This document shows, in pieces, positions 35,828 through 46,126 of a stretch of DNA of 64,000 nucleotides. Where the stretch lies: positions 3,332 to 67,331 of the IMG/VR virus record IMGVR_UViG_3300010413_001770, one strand, 5' to 3'. Each line of letters begins with the position of its first letter. The stretch's first letter is position 1. The position numbers and the translations under genes were made by a program. A model generated the notes under the pieces. It ran no database searches. It saw only the letters and a list, made by a program, of their open reading frames with translations, and was not told the origin of the DNA. Origin of the DNA: a virus.

Positions 35828-36752
35828 GGTAAGCGTTACTTACCACTGACGTAAATTGTCAGTCGGCGAGTGTTAACCAGTGGTTAGCATCCCCGCTTGA
35901 AAATAGTTGCCCTCGCCGATTCCCTAACGATTTCAGGCGTTTGCGGGCGCGGGCCGCTCGAGAGGAGGGTAACCAAAGGTTAACTCGGCACGCCGTCTGC
36001 TTGTTAACAGGTTGACTGAACGTTGCACGGCGGAACAGACGAGTTCTTTCACAATCGAATAGGCGCCTGGTCGACACACGCCAGCACGGGGTCTCGGGCC
36101 GATGGACGCGGGGACGCGGACAGTAGCACGGCAACAAGGGGCTCTTCGAGGGGCAAACCAGGGCACAAACACAGAGGGCGGGCGGATAGCAAACGGTGTC
36201 CGGCTCGTTTCGAGACTAAGACACGGAAAAACGGGGTGCTGTGCTGGTCGAAAAACCGAATCACCCCCGAAACGGATAGGGACAGCCCGGTAGTACAACG
36301 GTAGAACGACTCCGTTCGCGCAACCGAAACGACGACGACGAACCCGTGCTAGTAGGACGGCCGATCCAAGGAGAGGCCTGCTAGTGGCGCCCGCACCGCC
36401 CTCTTGAGTGTGAGCACAGCTGAAGCGATCGAGCCCAAACGCTACACCGGGCAGAGCACACGGACGTCGACGCGCGCAAGGATTGCGCCCCCACGAGCCG
36501 GCTCGAGCGTTTCAACGGTTTTCACACTACAGAAGCGAAAGGGGCACAGAATGAAGACACGAATGCGCGCAAAGAGAGTATGGATCGTCACGCGCGGACA
36601 TCCTGCATACGGTTGTCTTCTGCCGAAACCCGTCTGGGGAAAGAGGTCCCGATGAGATACGCGATGGTAACTATCGGTTACACGGCCGCTATGCTGGCAG
36701 CGGCCGCTTGGTATTTACTCTAAGGGCGCCCGGGCGCCGGAAAGGGATTCCG

Positions 36753-36953
36753 ATGGACATACAAAGGTTCGAGTCTATCTGCGAAGCACAGGCCGAAGTC
36801 CAGTTTGTGGCGGGATATCTTGAGCAGAGCGCGAAATGGTACTCGCGCCCGCTCAGTCAAGAAGAGTTCTCTCAGCTGATCGGCAAACTCCGTCACGCGA
36901 CGGCCGAGCTCAAGAAACTAGTAGTGATGGAATGCCAACCGTGTGAAAGGTAA
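36753..36953 (+). CDS. Small early hypothetical protein
   Basis: ATG with AAGGG RBS, followed by a hairpin and T-run (36955-36993). Confidence 0.55.
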   Translation: MDIQRFESICEAQAEVQFVAGYLEQSAKWYSRPLSQEEFSQLIGKLRHATAELKKLVVMECQPCER

Positions 36954-37037
36954 AGGGTGGGCGCCAACGTTTGACGGTTGGCGCCCTCTTTTTGCGGTTC
37001 ACACACACACCACACCACACCATACGGAAGGGAAACC

Positions 37038-37700
37038 ATGAAAACCGAGAAAACAGCCGAGCTCAAGAACGTCGCACGTTTCTGCAGCGACATCGGCGTT
37101 TGGGCGATCGATCGGCCCGTTTCTTCGTGCACGCATCGATCGGCGTTCTGTCGCGCGAATTGCTACAACGGGAAACTCTATTCCGTATACGGGCCCGGTA
37201 TGAACGCAAAGGATGAGCGTTCCGAGTCCGCCTGGGAGTCGATGAACACCGATACCGTTTCGGCACTTTTCGACAAATTGGAGCGTTCCCCCCGGTTCCA
37301 AGCGTCGCGCCGACTTCGTCTTATGACACGCGGAGAAGCCCTTAGTTGCGGCGCCGATATAGACCGCGTCAAGCTTATAGCGACCGAAGCGCTGCGACGT
37401 CGCGTCAAGGTGTGGCTGCCGACGCGCGCTTGGCGGAATCGGTCTCTTTGGCCGATCGTCAAGTCAAACCTTCAACCGTTTATCCGTAGTGGCGCCCTCC
37501 GGTTACTGGCGTCCACGGACCCGTCCGACCCGATCGGGCCCGCGGACGGTACGAGTACGATGTTCTTTGGCGATGACGACGCGACATCGGGCCGCGTCCG
37601 ATGTCGCAAAACGCACGCGCACGTGAAGGGCGCATGCGCAACATGCCGCGGGGGATGTTTCTCGCCAACCGAGCGACATATCCACTTGAAACAGCACTAG
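37038..37700 (+). CDS. Gp88-like Cys-rich (radical-SAM-like/Fe-S) phage protein
   Basis: CTHRSAFCRANCY, RLMTRGE, WLPTRAW and CRKT...CATCRGGC motifs. Confidence 0.6.
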   Translation: MKTEKTAELKNVARFCSDIGVWAIDRPVSSCTHRSAFCRANCYNGKLYSVYGPGMNAKDERSESAWESMNTDTVSALFDKLERSPRFQASRRLRLMTRGEALSCGADIDRVKLIATEALRRRVKVWLPTRAWRNRSLWPIVKSNLQPFIRSGALRLLASTDPSDPIGPADGTSTMFFGDDDATSGRVRCRKTHAHVKGACATCRGGCFSPTERHIHLKQH

Positions 37701-38188
37701 TCGAAACGGGCGCGGTATATCGGCGCGCCCGTAGCGGGGAGATTAGCGGCTCCCCGCCTGATGAGACACGCTGCCAACCGAGAGGCGCCAAACGAGCGCC
37801 GGAAAGGGAATTCCCATGGTACGCGAACGCACGCACAGAACGCCGGCCGGTTATGCGGACGAACGCCTCGCCGGCGAACCGGTAGAGTGTCCGGTCTGTG
37901 ATTCGGACGACACGAGTCATTACCTAAGCGATCTGCAAGGTTCGTTCGACGTCGTTTGCCGACACTGCGGGTCCACGTGGGTAGAGTGCTGGAAGTCGGG
38001 CGCGCCTGTTCTCTACCGGCGCTTGACGGCCGTGCCGATTCGGTCGATTGAACCGAGATTGCGACTGCGCGCCGGTTGCCGATAGTAACGTTTGACGCGT
38101 TTGGGTAGGGGCGGACGATAACCGGTGTCCGCCCCCTCTTTGACTCGCCAACCGTACACGAGCCACACGAACGAAAGGGATGCACGCC

Positions 38189-38416
38189 ATGAGAACGCTA
38201 CTTTCGGCAAGAACGCGGGGCAGTCGATACACCATTTACCTCATCGAAAACTCGGACGGGTCTTTTCGAGTCCAAGAATGCACGCATGGAAAGGAAACGG
38301 CCGCGGCCGTTCGATACGACCGGATAGATGCGAGAAACGAGTTTTTCCGTCGTATTGAAAACGCCAAACGTTTTGACGGTATCAACTACAACGTAGACTC
38401 CCCCACCTACTTTTGA
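38189..38416 (+). CDS. Small early hypothetical protein
   Basis: Shares the leader ...GCACGCCATG with neighbouring genes. Confidence 0.55.
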   Translation: MRTLLSARTRGSRYTIYLIENSDGSFRVQECTHGKETAAAVRYDRIDARNEFFRRIENAKRFDGINYNVDSPTYF

Positions 38417-38428
38417 GGAGAACATGCA

Positions 38429-38842
38429 ATGACACGCGATGGACGGGGAAACGTTTTGACGGCCGAAGAGAGGGAAGCCCTCGCGGCGGGGATCAGCGCT
38501 CTAGCTGGCAGCACGATTTTCAGTGTCGAGTTTCTCAAGAAAGACGGTAGCGCGCGCCGGATGACGTGTCGGCTGGGGGTTCCCTACCAGCGCAAGACGG
38601 CCGATCCGACGAACGACGACCCGGGCCGCGCGCTGACGTACTCCCAGGTTCGCGACAAGGGACTCCTGCCGGTATTTGAGATGGTAGGGAAACCCAGGGT
38701 GCGTCGACACTTTGAACGCTCCCTGTTACCACCCGCGCTAACGGAGGAACTCGAAGAGCCTAAATTCAAGTGTTTCGACCTGGAAACACTCCAAACGGTC
38801 CGCGCTCACGGCCGTGATTATCGGCCCGAAGAGCTCTACTAG
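38429..38842 (+). CDS. SH3/WYL-like beta-barrel phage protein (DUF2693-like)
   Basis: FSVEFLKKDGSARRMTCRLGV...FKCFDLETL; GAGGAG RBS. Confidence 0.6.
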   Translation: MTRDGRGNVLTAEEREALAAGISALAGSTIFSVEFLKKDGSARRMTCRLGVPYQRKTADPTNDDPGRALTYSQVRDKGLLPVFEMVGKPRVRRHFERSLLPPALTEELEEPKFKCFDLETLQTVRAHGRDYRPEELY

Positions 38843-39483
38843 TTGACGCGTCAAGGCACGGGGCGCCCCCTCGTTAGTTGCGGGGCGCCCCCCTCTTTGA
38901 AACGTCAACTGTACACGACGCACGAGTCATCCGACACGAAGGGAGCATACACCATGAAACGGCTAGAGTACGCCATCGCGTGGACGAACGCGGACGGGAT
39001 TCGTAAGGTTTCAACGGGTATCTGCAGTTATCGCCCGCAAGAGGCGCCCGAAGAGACGCGGGCGCGCGTTCTCTCATTTCACGGTCCGCAGGTTCGCGCA
39101 ACCGTGAACGCTGTTTCGTGGACAGTCGTTTTCTAGACGCCAACCGATACGCTACCCGTCGCGCCGATCGTAGGCGCCCGTTGCGACACGGGCGGACGGC
39201 CGAAGCGCTCTCAGACCGCGCGCGGGCGCCGGGTAGCGTACTTTTCGAGAAAGGGGTGAGCAATGACACGACGCGAGATCGTCCGACAAGCGGCTCGGCT
39301 GGGATTCACTGGACGTCGGCTGCGGACCGCGGTCCGCAGCTGGGAGCGGTACGCCAGCACGGGGGCGCGCTGGTAGCGGGGGACTCGCCCGGGCGGGGGG
39401 GGGGCTCAGCCTCTCGCCCTCTCGCCCTCTCGCCCTCTCGCGGTCCCCCGCAACCCCGCGGCCCGGCGCCCTACAGCTGGGAG

Positions 39484-39622
39484 TCTCTGTCTTCACGAGT
39501 CCACTGTCTCTGTCAACGGAGGGTCACTGTCTCTGTCAACGGTCCTCTGTCTTCACGAGTCCTCTGTCAACGGAAGGAGCACGCCATGTCTCTGTCTCTG
39601 TCTTCACCCTCTGTCTCTGTCG
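39484..39622 (+). repeat. Iteron-like direct repeats with CTCTGTC core
   Basis: CTCTGTCTTCACGAGTCC twice, CTCTGTCAACGG three times, and further CTCTGTC copies running into the ORF at 39586. Confidence 0.8.
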
Positions 39623-39804
39623 ACGACTTCCTCTCCCCCTTCTCCCTCTCTTGCCCGGTCTGCGGCGACGACCGGTTCGACGTCCTCGGGACGCTCGGCC
39701 TCCTGACCTGGATTCGCTGCCGCGCTTGCGGGTCTGAGTGGACGGACGGGGTCGCCCCCTCGGACGGGGAAGTGGAGCTCGACTCGCGCCTCCCGGCGTG
39801 GGCG

Positions 39805-39853
39805 TAACGGGTAACGGGTAACGGGTAACGGATAGCCGGTAACGGGTAACCGG
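39805..39853 (+). repeat. 7-bp tandem repeat (TAACGGG)n
   Basis: taacgggtaacgggtaacgggtaacggatagccggtaacgggtaaccgg, starting at a stop codon and ending at TTGACA. Confidence 0.85.
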
Positions 39854-42307
39854 TTGACAGTTGCACGTCGGGGACCGGTGTTTACGGACCAGTCCCCGGT
39901 CTGGAGCTGCCAATCACCCCCACACGAGAGGAGCACACGCCATGAACATGACTGTCGACCCGATTGGCCCCTGCGTCGTCATTCTGCCCAACGACGGCGG
40001 CAAGATCGGATGGCTCGAGTACACGATCGTCGACCGAGGACGCGCCGTCGAGCAGTGGGGCGTCGATGAGGACGATCCCTGGGCGAGCTTTGGGCAGCCC
40101 ACCAGTGTCTGTGTCCACGTAACCCGAGACCGCTAAGGAGCACACGCCATGCAAACCCAGCCGACCCAACCGAGAACCGCGGACCTGCACACGGTGCCCG
40201 TTCTGGACCGCTGCCACGGCTCCTCCGCCGTCTACGTGACCCGCATCCTGGGGACCTACTCCACCGGTCGCCCGGCCGATACGGTCGGCGTCCACGCCCA
40301 CGACGTGACGGAGTGTCGGCTCTCCAAGCCCCGGCGACTCACGCGGGACGACGGCTCGGAGTTCTGGACCCGGACGCTACGGGTCACGACGGCGGACGGG
40401 CAAGTCCTTACGCTGTCCCTGTACGGCGACACCCGGGAAGAGTTGGCGTTCATCTGGGGCGAAGCGATGAACGGTTGACGGTTTTGGGTAGGCCCCCGGG
40501 TATCCTCCAGGGGCCTACTTTGAGCACGCCAACCCAACACGAGAGGAGCACACGATGGACGTCACCAGAGAGACCGCCCGTAAGCCGCTCGCCGCGGTCT
40601 ACGCCGCCCAGAACCCCAACCACACCGAGCGTATCATCGCCCGGTTCACCGACGGCGCCGAGCTGATCCTGGTGAGTCGTAGCGTCATCGGTCGTTGGAA
40701 CTGGGCGTCGCGACGCCCGGGCCCGGAAGACGGCAATCTGTTCCACAAGATCACCCTCCACGCCACCGAACGCTCAGCCCGGAGTCCCATGGCCTGGAGC
40801 TACCCGTCCGAGCAGGCCGTCAAAATCGAAAGGAGACGCCCCGATGCGAACCCCCATGACGACCGCTGAAGCTGTTGAGCGCTTCCCCTGCCGGTGCGAC
40901 ATGACCGACCCGGACTGGTGCGGCTGCAGCTGCACCGAGTCCTCCACTTGCTCGACCCGCTGCGACGGTTGCGGAGAGCGGGTATGGTTTGCCGGTTCAT
41001 GGTCTGACAGTCTCATCCCGCCGACCTTCCGGTGCCCGACGTGTGGGCGTGTGCTGTTCAATCCGTTCAGCCGGGACGGCCGCGACCAGGTTCGGCGTTG
41101 GAGGGCGAAGTTTGCGGACGACCGGTAACCGGTCAACCGATTCACACACTGTCACGCATGGTGGGGAGTCCGGTTCGACTAGGGGCTCCCCCCTCCTTTT
41201 CCACTCACCCCCCCCCCCAATTCCTGTAAGGAGAACCGACTCATGAAAACCTATCACGTCCGAGTATCCAGTGCGTCCATCTCGGGACACCCGAGTCCCT
41301 ATCTCCACGTCGCCGTCATGCGCCACCGGGAAGGACCGACCGAGGATCACCCCTACGCAATCCGAAACACCAAGAAGTGGGAAGTCGTCATGGATTGGGG
41401 GCGGTGTCACCTCGGCTGGAAACCGAAGGGAAATACAGCGGGACAGCGCGCTATCCGAGAGGCGGAAGCGTATGTCGCCAAGCTCGAGAAAGAGGAGGAG
41501 AACCGACCATGATTATCTGGGACTTCGACCGCATCGACTGCCGCTCGGTGATCGTTATCGTCGACACGAACCGCCCCGGCAAGAAGCTCGGGGACGAGTC
41601 CGGACCGTGGTACTTCCAGACCACGCAAGAGGCCGCCGCCAAGATCCGAGAGCTCAAGTTGGAGCTCGCGTCCGACGCATCCGAAGAGGAGGTGATCCGA
41701 TGAGAACCGCATGGGAAAAAGCAATCGTTTCGGCGTGGCTCCGGCGAACACTTCCGCCTGTCTGGATCCCGAACACCTGGAACGAGAACACCCAACTAAG
41801 GGGCTACTATGCCAGAAACCACGACTATCATCCTGCCAGAGCTCAGCTGATCTTCCGCCGATGGCCGCACATCATTCGCGGGGCGCTCATGGAGGTGGAA
41901 CCGTGAGAGGGCGTAAGTTCAACGTAGGCGACCGGGTCGCCTATGCCCGTACGTTCCTCCAATCGACCGGCATGATCACCGGAGAGGTTCCGTTCCTCCG
42001 CGGGACGGTGGACGGGACGCTGGAAATCGGCGGGCGACAAGTGGCCCACGTCCTCTGGGATGGACACGACGAGCCGATACACGTCTTGTCGTCGAACCTG
42101 TGGCCGGCCGACAAGCTCCACCTTGAGCCGGCCTGAACCGAAACCGAACGCCGCCCGGTGTTTTCGCGCCGGGCACCAGGAAGCCCCGTCGATGGACACG
42201 CGCGGGTGCCGGGCCCACAAGCGTAAGTCCAGGTCGCGCAACACCAGAGGGGCTTCCTGTTTTTGACGACTCGTTTACCCCCCCCCCCCACGCAAGGAGA
42301 ACCGACC

Positions 42308-42907
42308 ATGAGAATCGACCCCCGTTTCAAGCTCGACCTCGCCGTGTCGCGAGAAGATCGTCCCGCGATCCAACACGTGTATGTCCACCGGAGAGCCACA
42401 GACGGTCGTCCGACCGCAGTCGCGACCGATGGTCACATCTTGGCGCTCGTCCCGGTCGAGCCCACCATGAACGCCGAGACGGGGGCGGAGACCTCCGAGG
42501 TTCCCCCTGTCACCGAGCCCGGCCTCCTGATTCCGCCCGACGCGCTGAAGCACGCGCAGAAGAAAGCGAACCACGGCCAGTTGAGCCTAGCCGTCGGGGA
42601 GCAGAACGGAAAGCCACAACGGGCCGTGTCGACCCCTGACGGCCGCGGGTGGGCGATCCCGACCGGAGAGGACGCGCCAACATACCCGGACTACCCGAAC
42701 GTGCTCCCGGACGAGGGACGCCCGTCCGGCTACCGCGTGACGCTGGATGCTCAGTTGTTGTTCAACCTGGCGCGAGCATTGGGGGCGAGTGACCACCACG
42801 TGACGCTCGAGTTCGGGAAGTCCAACCTGGACGCGATCCGCGTCACGCCGGCCAATCCGGTCGAGGACGAGTTCGGCATCTTGCTGCCTGTCTACATGAG
42901 CCGGTAA
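42308..42907 (+). CDS. Truncated DNA polymerase III beta-clamp-like protein
   Basis: RPAIQHVYV, AVATDGHILAL, YPDYPNVLP and FGILLP motifs; 199 aa versus about 370 for DnaN. Confidence 0.7.
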   Translation: MRIDPRFKLDLAVSREDRPAIQHVYVHRRATDGRPTAVATDGHILALVPVEPTMNAETGAETSEVPPVTEPGLLIPPDALKHAQKKANHGQLSLAVGEQNGKPQRAVSTPDGRGWAIPTGEDAPTYPDYPNVLPDEGRPSGYRVTLDAQLLFNLARALGASDHHVTLEFGKSNLDAIRVTPANPVEDEFGILLPVYMSR

Positions 42908-42926
42908 TCCTACTCCCGACTCCCGG

Positions 42927-42970
42927 TTGACGCCGGGCCCCCAGCGTGGATATCGTGGGGGCCCGGCGTC
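42927..42970 (+). promoter_or_regulatory. Sigma70-like promoter folded into a 15-bp perfect hairpin
   Basis: TTGACG-N18-TATCGT; stem arms 42929-42943 and 42956-42970 place the -10 element in the loop. Confidence 0.6.
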
Positions 42971-43028
42971 GATCTGTTAACGGTTAACTGTCATTCTCAC
43001 TCTCACCCGTTCAGGAGGATTCCTCACG

Positions 43029-43202
43029 ATGCTGCTGACCGCACTCTACCTGGCCGCCTTCTTCGGCGGCGTATCCGGCTGGACCGTCTTCGGGATACTA
43101 CTGTCCATCGACCGGGAAGTGGGTCGTGTCTGGGTATATTCGGTCGCCCAGCTCGGGTGCCTGCTGATTGTTCTCCGGTCACTCGAATACTTTGGAGGAT
43201 AG
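43029..43202 (+). CDS. Small two-TM membrane protein (57 aa, below the ORF-track cutoff)
   Basis: MLLTALYLAAFFGGVSGWTVFGILLSIDREVGRVWVYSVAQLGCLLIVLRSLEYFGG; AGGAGG RBS. Confidence 0.65.
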   Translation: MLLTALYLAAFFGGVSGWTVFGILLSIDREVGRVWVYSVAQLGCLLIVLRSLEYFGG

Positions 43203-43204
43203 CC

Positions 43205-43330
43205 GTGTCCATCCTGACGCTACTGTCGCTACTGTTTTCCACGATCGGCTGGGTCGTCCGGCTCTCAGTCCTGGCGGCCGTTCTCACGCTCAGCTGGGTT
43301 GTCGACTTTCTCTGCCGCTCGGACGGGTGA
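43205..43330 (+). CDS. Small hydrophobic protein (41 aa)
   Basis: MSILTLLSLLFSTIGWVVRLSVLAAVLTLSWVVDFLCRSDG; GGAGG RBS; coupled to the next gene. Confidence 0.55.
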   Translation: MSILTLLSLLFSTIGWVVRLSVLAAVLTLSWVVDFLCRSDG

Positions 43331-43755
43331 TGGGGGCCCCCGCTCGACCGCGGCGCATCCCCTGGGTCGTCCGCTGCGAGAACCCGGCGTGCGACTGGGA
43401 CGACTACGAGTTTACCGAGGAGGTGGACGGTTGGCCTCAGACGGAGATCGCCAACCGAGAACCGTTCTTCTGTCCGCACTGCGGGTATCCGGCCGTCCGA
43501 GGGGCGGGCGTCTATCGCATGGGCGCGGGCAGGACTGACCCGAGAGGAGAATCCACTATGAAGATCCACTCATCCATCACACTTGCTCGAGTGCTGGCCC
43601 TGGCCGCCGAGGACGACTACATCGGCGTCTGTGTTCACTGTGGTGCAGAGACGTCCGGCGTGGAACCGGACGCGCGCGAGTACCCGTGCCTAATGTGCGG
43701 CCACCAGTCTGTATTCGGCGCCGAACAGATCGCGGTCGAGTTCAACATCGACTAG
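43330..43755 (+). CDS. Zn-ribbon protein (internal in-frame start with RBS at 43558)
   Basis: CENPAC/CPHC and CVHC/CLMC pairs; GVEPDAREYPC motif. Confidence 0.6.
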   Translation: MGAPARPRRIPWVVRCENPACDWDDYEFTEEVDGWPQTEIANREPFFCPHCGYPAVRGAGVYRMGAGRTDPRGESTMKIHSSITLARVLALAAEDDYIGVCVHCGAETSGVEPDAREYPCLMCGHQSVFGAEQIAVEFNID

Positions 43756-44106
43756 TTACTCGAGAGGAGATTCCATCATGTCCGTTCGATACCGTAGAAA
43801 GAGAACTCATCGCCCGGCGTCCGTCGCCAAGCTGGGCGTCCCGGGCGTCACCATCCCCCGAGACACTCGCCCTGTCCCCGGCGTCCGCCTCTCCGCCATT
43901 ACCTACTGTGGCCGACAGTGGCCCGAGCCCATCTACCGTGTCGTCACGGCGTGGTCGGCCGTCACCTGCCGCCGATGTCGTGCCCGGCAGCGGCTCGACC
44001 AGGAAGCAGCGGGTCGGCGGGCAGCAAGAGAGCGCCGGGAGCGGGAACGGGAACATGAACGCCGGCAGCGGGAACGGGAGCGGGAACGGGAACAGGAGCG
44101 AGCAGC

Positions 44107-44628
44107 ATGAGGGCGGCAGACTACGTCCTCCAGACGGCCGCTCAACTCCTGGAGAGAACGGCCGACCAATTAGGGGCCGCATGCTCCCACGCCGTGGACC
44201 TCATCCTAGCGTCCCGCGGCTATGTAGTCGTCACTGGGATGGGCAAGAGCGGCTACCTTGCGCAGATGATCGCGGCGGATCTCCGGTCTGCCGGCACTCC
44301 AGCACTCTTTCTCCACCCGGCCGAGGCGGTTCACGGAGACCTCGGGATTCTGCGCCCCGGCGACACCGTCCTCGCCGTCTCGCGCTCCGGAGAAACAGCC
44401 GAGGTGCTGGCCCTCTTGCCGACAGTACGGCGGCTCAAGCTTCCACTGATAGCAATCACGAGCCGACCGGACTCCACGCTCGGGCGCGCCAGTGACGCGG
44501 TTCTCCACCTCCCCGTGACGGTGGAAGGGGACCCACTCAACCTCGCTCCGATGGCGTCGACGACCGGGACTCTAGCGATGGGGTATGCGCTTGCCGTGGC
44601 GGTCCTGGAAGCACGCGCGAACCGATGA
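44107..44628 (+). CDS. KdsD/KpsF-like SIS-domain sugar-phosphate isomerase, C-terminally truncated
   Basis: VVTGMGKSG, FLHPAEAVHGDLG, SRSGETAE and EGDPLNLAPMASTT motifs; lacks the HPGG segment and CBS domains. Confidence 0.88.
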   Translation: MRAADYVLQTAAQLLERTADQLGAACSHAVDLILASRGYVVVTGMGKSGYLAQMIAADLRSAGTPALFLHPAEAVHGDLGILRPGDTVLAVSRSGETAEVLALLPTVRRLKLPLIAITSRPDSTLGRASDAVLHLPVTVEGDPLNLAPMASTTGTLAMGYALAVAVLEARANR

Positions 44629-45083
44629 TCGACACTTCTGCGACACTTCGGTTTCTCTTCTTCCACTCTCGAGCTTCCAAGGAGACCGCCTCTATGAACA
44701 TCCACTGTCAACGAATGTCGGCCACGATCTCGGACAAATCTTGCCGGAGCTTCCGCGCCTGCGCCCGCGATACCATCGAGAAGTTCCGCTCCGGCACCCC
44801 CGTCTGGGAGATCCAGGAGCATTGTCTCGACCGGCTTCTCGTCTGCGGCGTCTGTGCCGGAATGGTGGACTCTCAGCTGATCGGCGAGATGATGGGCCAG
44901 GTCGCCGACCGGGCCGACGCAATCGTCCGCTACCTCATGCGCGAGGACGACTACGGGTCCCGGGAGGAGAGGGCCCGGGCTCGGAAGCTCCGCTGGTATC
45001 ATGCCAACCGAGAAACGGAAATCATCAACCGGCGAGAACGCCGGAGGAGGCAACTAGAATGCGATCAACACCTCGAAGCATAG
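44625..45083 (+). CDS. Hypothetical protein
   Basis: Coupled ORF of 152 aa. Confidence 0.5.
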   Translation: MIDTSATLRFLFFHSRASKETASMNIHCQRMSATISDKSCRSFRACARDTIEKFRSGTPVWEIQEHCLDRLLVCGVCAGMVDSQLIGEMMGQVADRADAIVRYLMREDDYGSREERARARKLRWYHANRETEIINRRERRRRQLECDQHLEA

Positions 45084-45310
45084 TAGCGCGATTCATCGGG
45101 GGCCCGAAGGACGGCGATCTGCAGATCCTTCCGGGATTGCCGCAGGAGTTCTCGGTCCACGTGCTCGACCGGAGCCGCGATCAGAAAACCGAGTCGGTTG
45201 TCCCGGTAGACACGATGACTGTCCTCTACGACCTGATCGGCGTGGACCACGAGGCGGCCATCTACGTGGCGCGCCCGGAACCCACCCGGTCGGCTGGCCG
45301 CCGTGGGTGA
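45059..45310 (+). CDS. Hypothetical protein (FIGGPKDG motif)
   Basis: GGAGG RBS; GGPxDG is a common small-phage-protein motif. Confidence 0.55.
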   Translation: MRSTPRSIVARFIGGPKDGDLQILPGLPQEFSVHVLDRSRDQKTESVVPVDTMTVLYDLIGVDHEAAIYVARPEPTRSAGRRG

Positions 45311-46079
45311 TCGGAGCCGAGACCAGAACGGTCGCTGGAAGCGGGGGAACGGAAACGGTAGCTCCCTCCCCCGCCTCCCGTTCGCCCGTTCTGTCCATGT
45401 CGAGCGGGACTGGATCACGAGCCGCCAAGCTGCCTATCTGGCCGACCAAGACCGCCGCCGGGCTGAGTTCACTCGCCGAGTGGAAGCTGGAGACCCGCCG
45501 GGCGTGGCTCGGTCTCTCCAGTCCATCACGCGGCTGCTCTCGACCCCGAACCGCAGCTACCTTGACGCCGAGACGCCGGAAGGCCTACACCAGAAGGGGC
45601 AGTCGACCGACCGGGACGTGGACCTGGACGACCCGGCCGCAACCGGCTATTCCTTGGAGGACGTACCGATGAAAGATCGCGTCGTGTTCGGGGCGCAACG
45701 CCGCCCCGGTGTGATATCGGACCGGAAGCTCGCCGAGGCGACGGGATACACGCCGGCCCACATCAGCTACCTGATGACCGGGAAGCGCAACCCGTCGCTC
45801 GAGTGCCTGAGTCGCTTGGCTGTAGTACTCCAGTGCTCGCTCGACGAGGTTCACCAGTACATTCAGGAGCGGGTCCGCGGCCGCTACATGAACCGGTCCG
45901 ACATCGTGGTCCCCGTTCCACCTCCCCGGGTGCCGCCACCGCTAGAGACTCCCCCGACGGCGCCCAAGACTCCCTCTCCCGACCCCACTCCAGTACACGT
46001 GCAGAAGCTCCAGATTGGACTGTCCCTACTCGAGCCCGACGACCCGGACGACCCGAACGACCGGCTGACGGACGAGTAG
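45303..46079 (+). CDS. XRE-type HTH-containing regulator
   Basis: SDRKLAEATGYTPAHISYLMTGKRNPSLECLSRLAVVLQCSLDE. Confidence 0.75.
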   Translation: MGDRSRDQNGRWKRGNGNGSSLPRLPFARSVHVERDWITSRQAAYLADQDRRRAEFTRRVEAGDPPGVARSLQSITRLLSTPNRSYLDAETPEGLHQKGQSTDRDVDLDDPAATGYSLEDVPMKDRVVFGAQRRPGVISDRKLAEATGYTPAHISYLMTGKRNPSLECLSRLAVVLQCSLDEVHQYIQERVRGRYMNRSDIVVPVPPPRVPPPLETPPTAPKTPSPDPTPVHVQKLQIGLSLLEPDDPDDPNDRLTDE

Positions 46080-46126
46080 ACGGACCACCACCCTACCGAG
46101 AACCATTCGCTCGAGGAGGATTCCGT

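Larger units (their letters stand above)
38954..42136 (+). other. Array of small early ORFs: 38954-39136, 39586-39807, 39942-40136, 40149-40478, 40555-40869, 40844-41128, 41243-41512, 41509-41703, 41700-41906, 41903-42136
   Basis: Each has a strong RBS or coupled start; several contain Zn-ribbon CxxC pairs; no function recognised. Confidence 0.6.
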
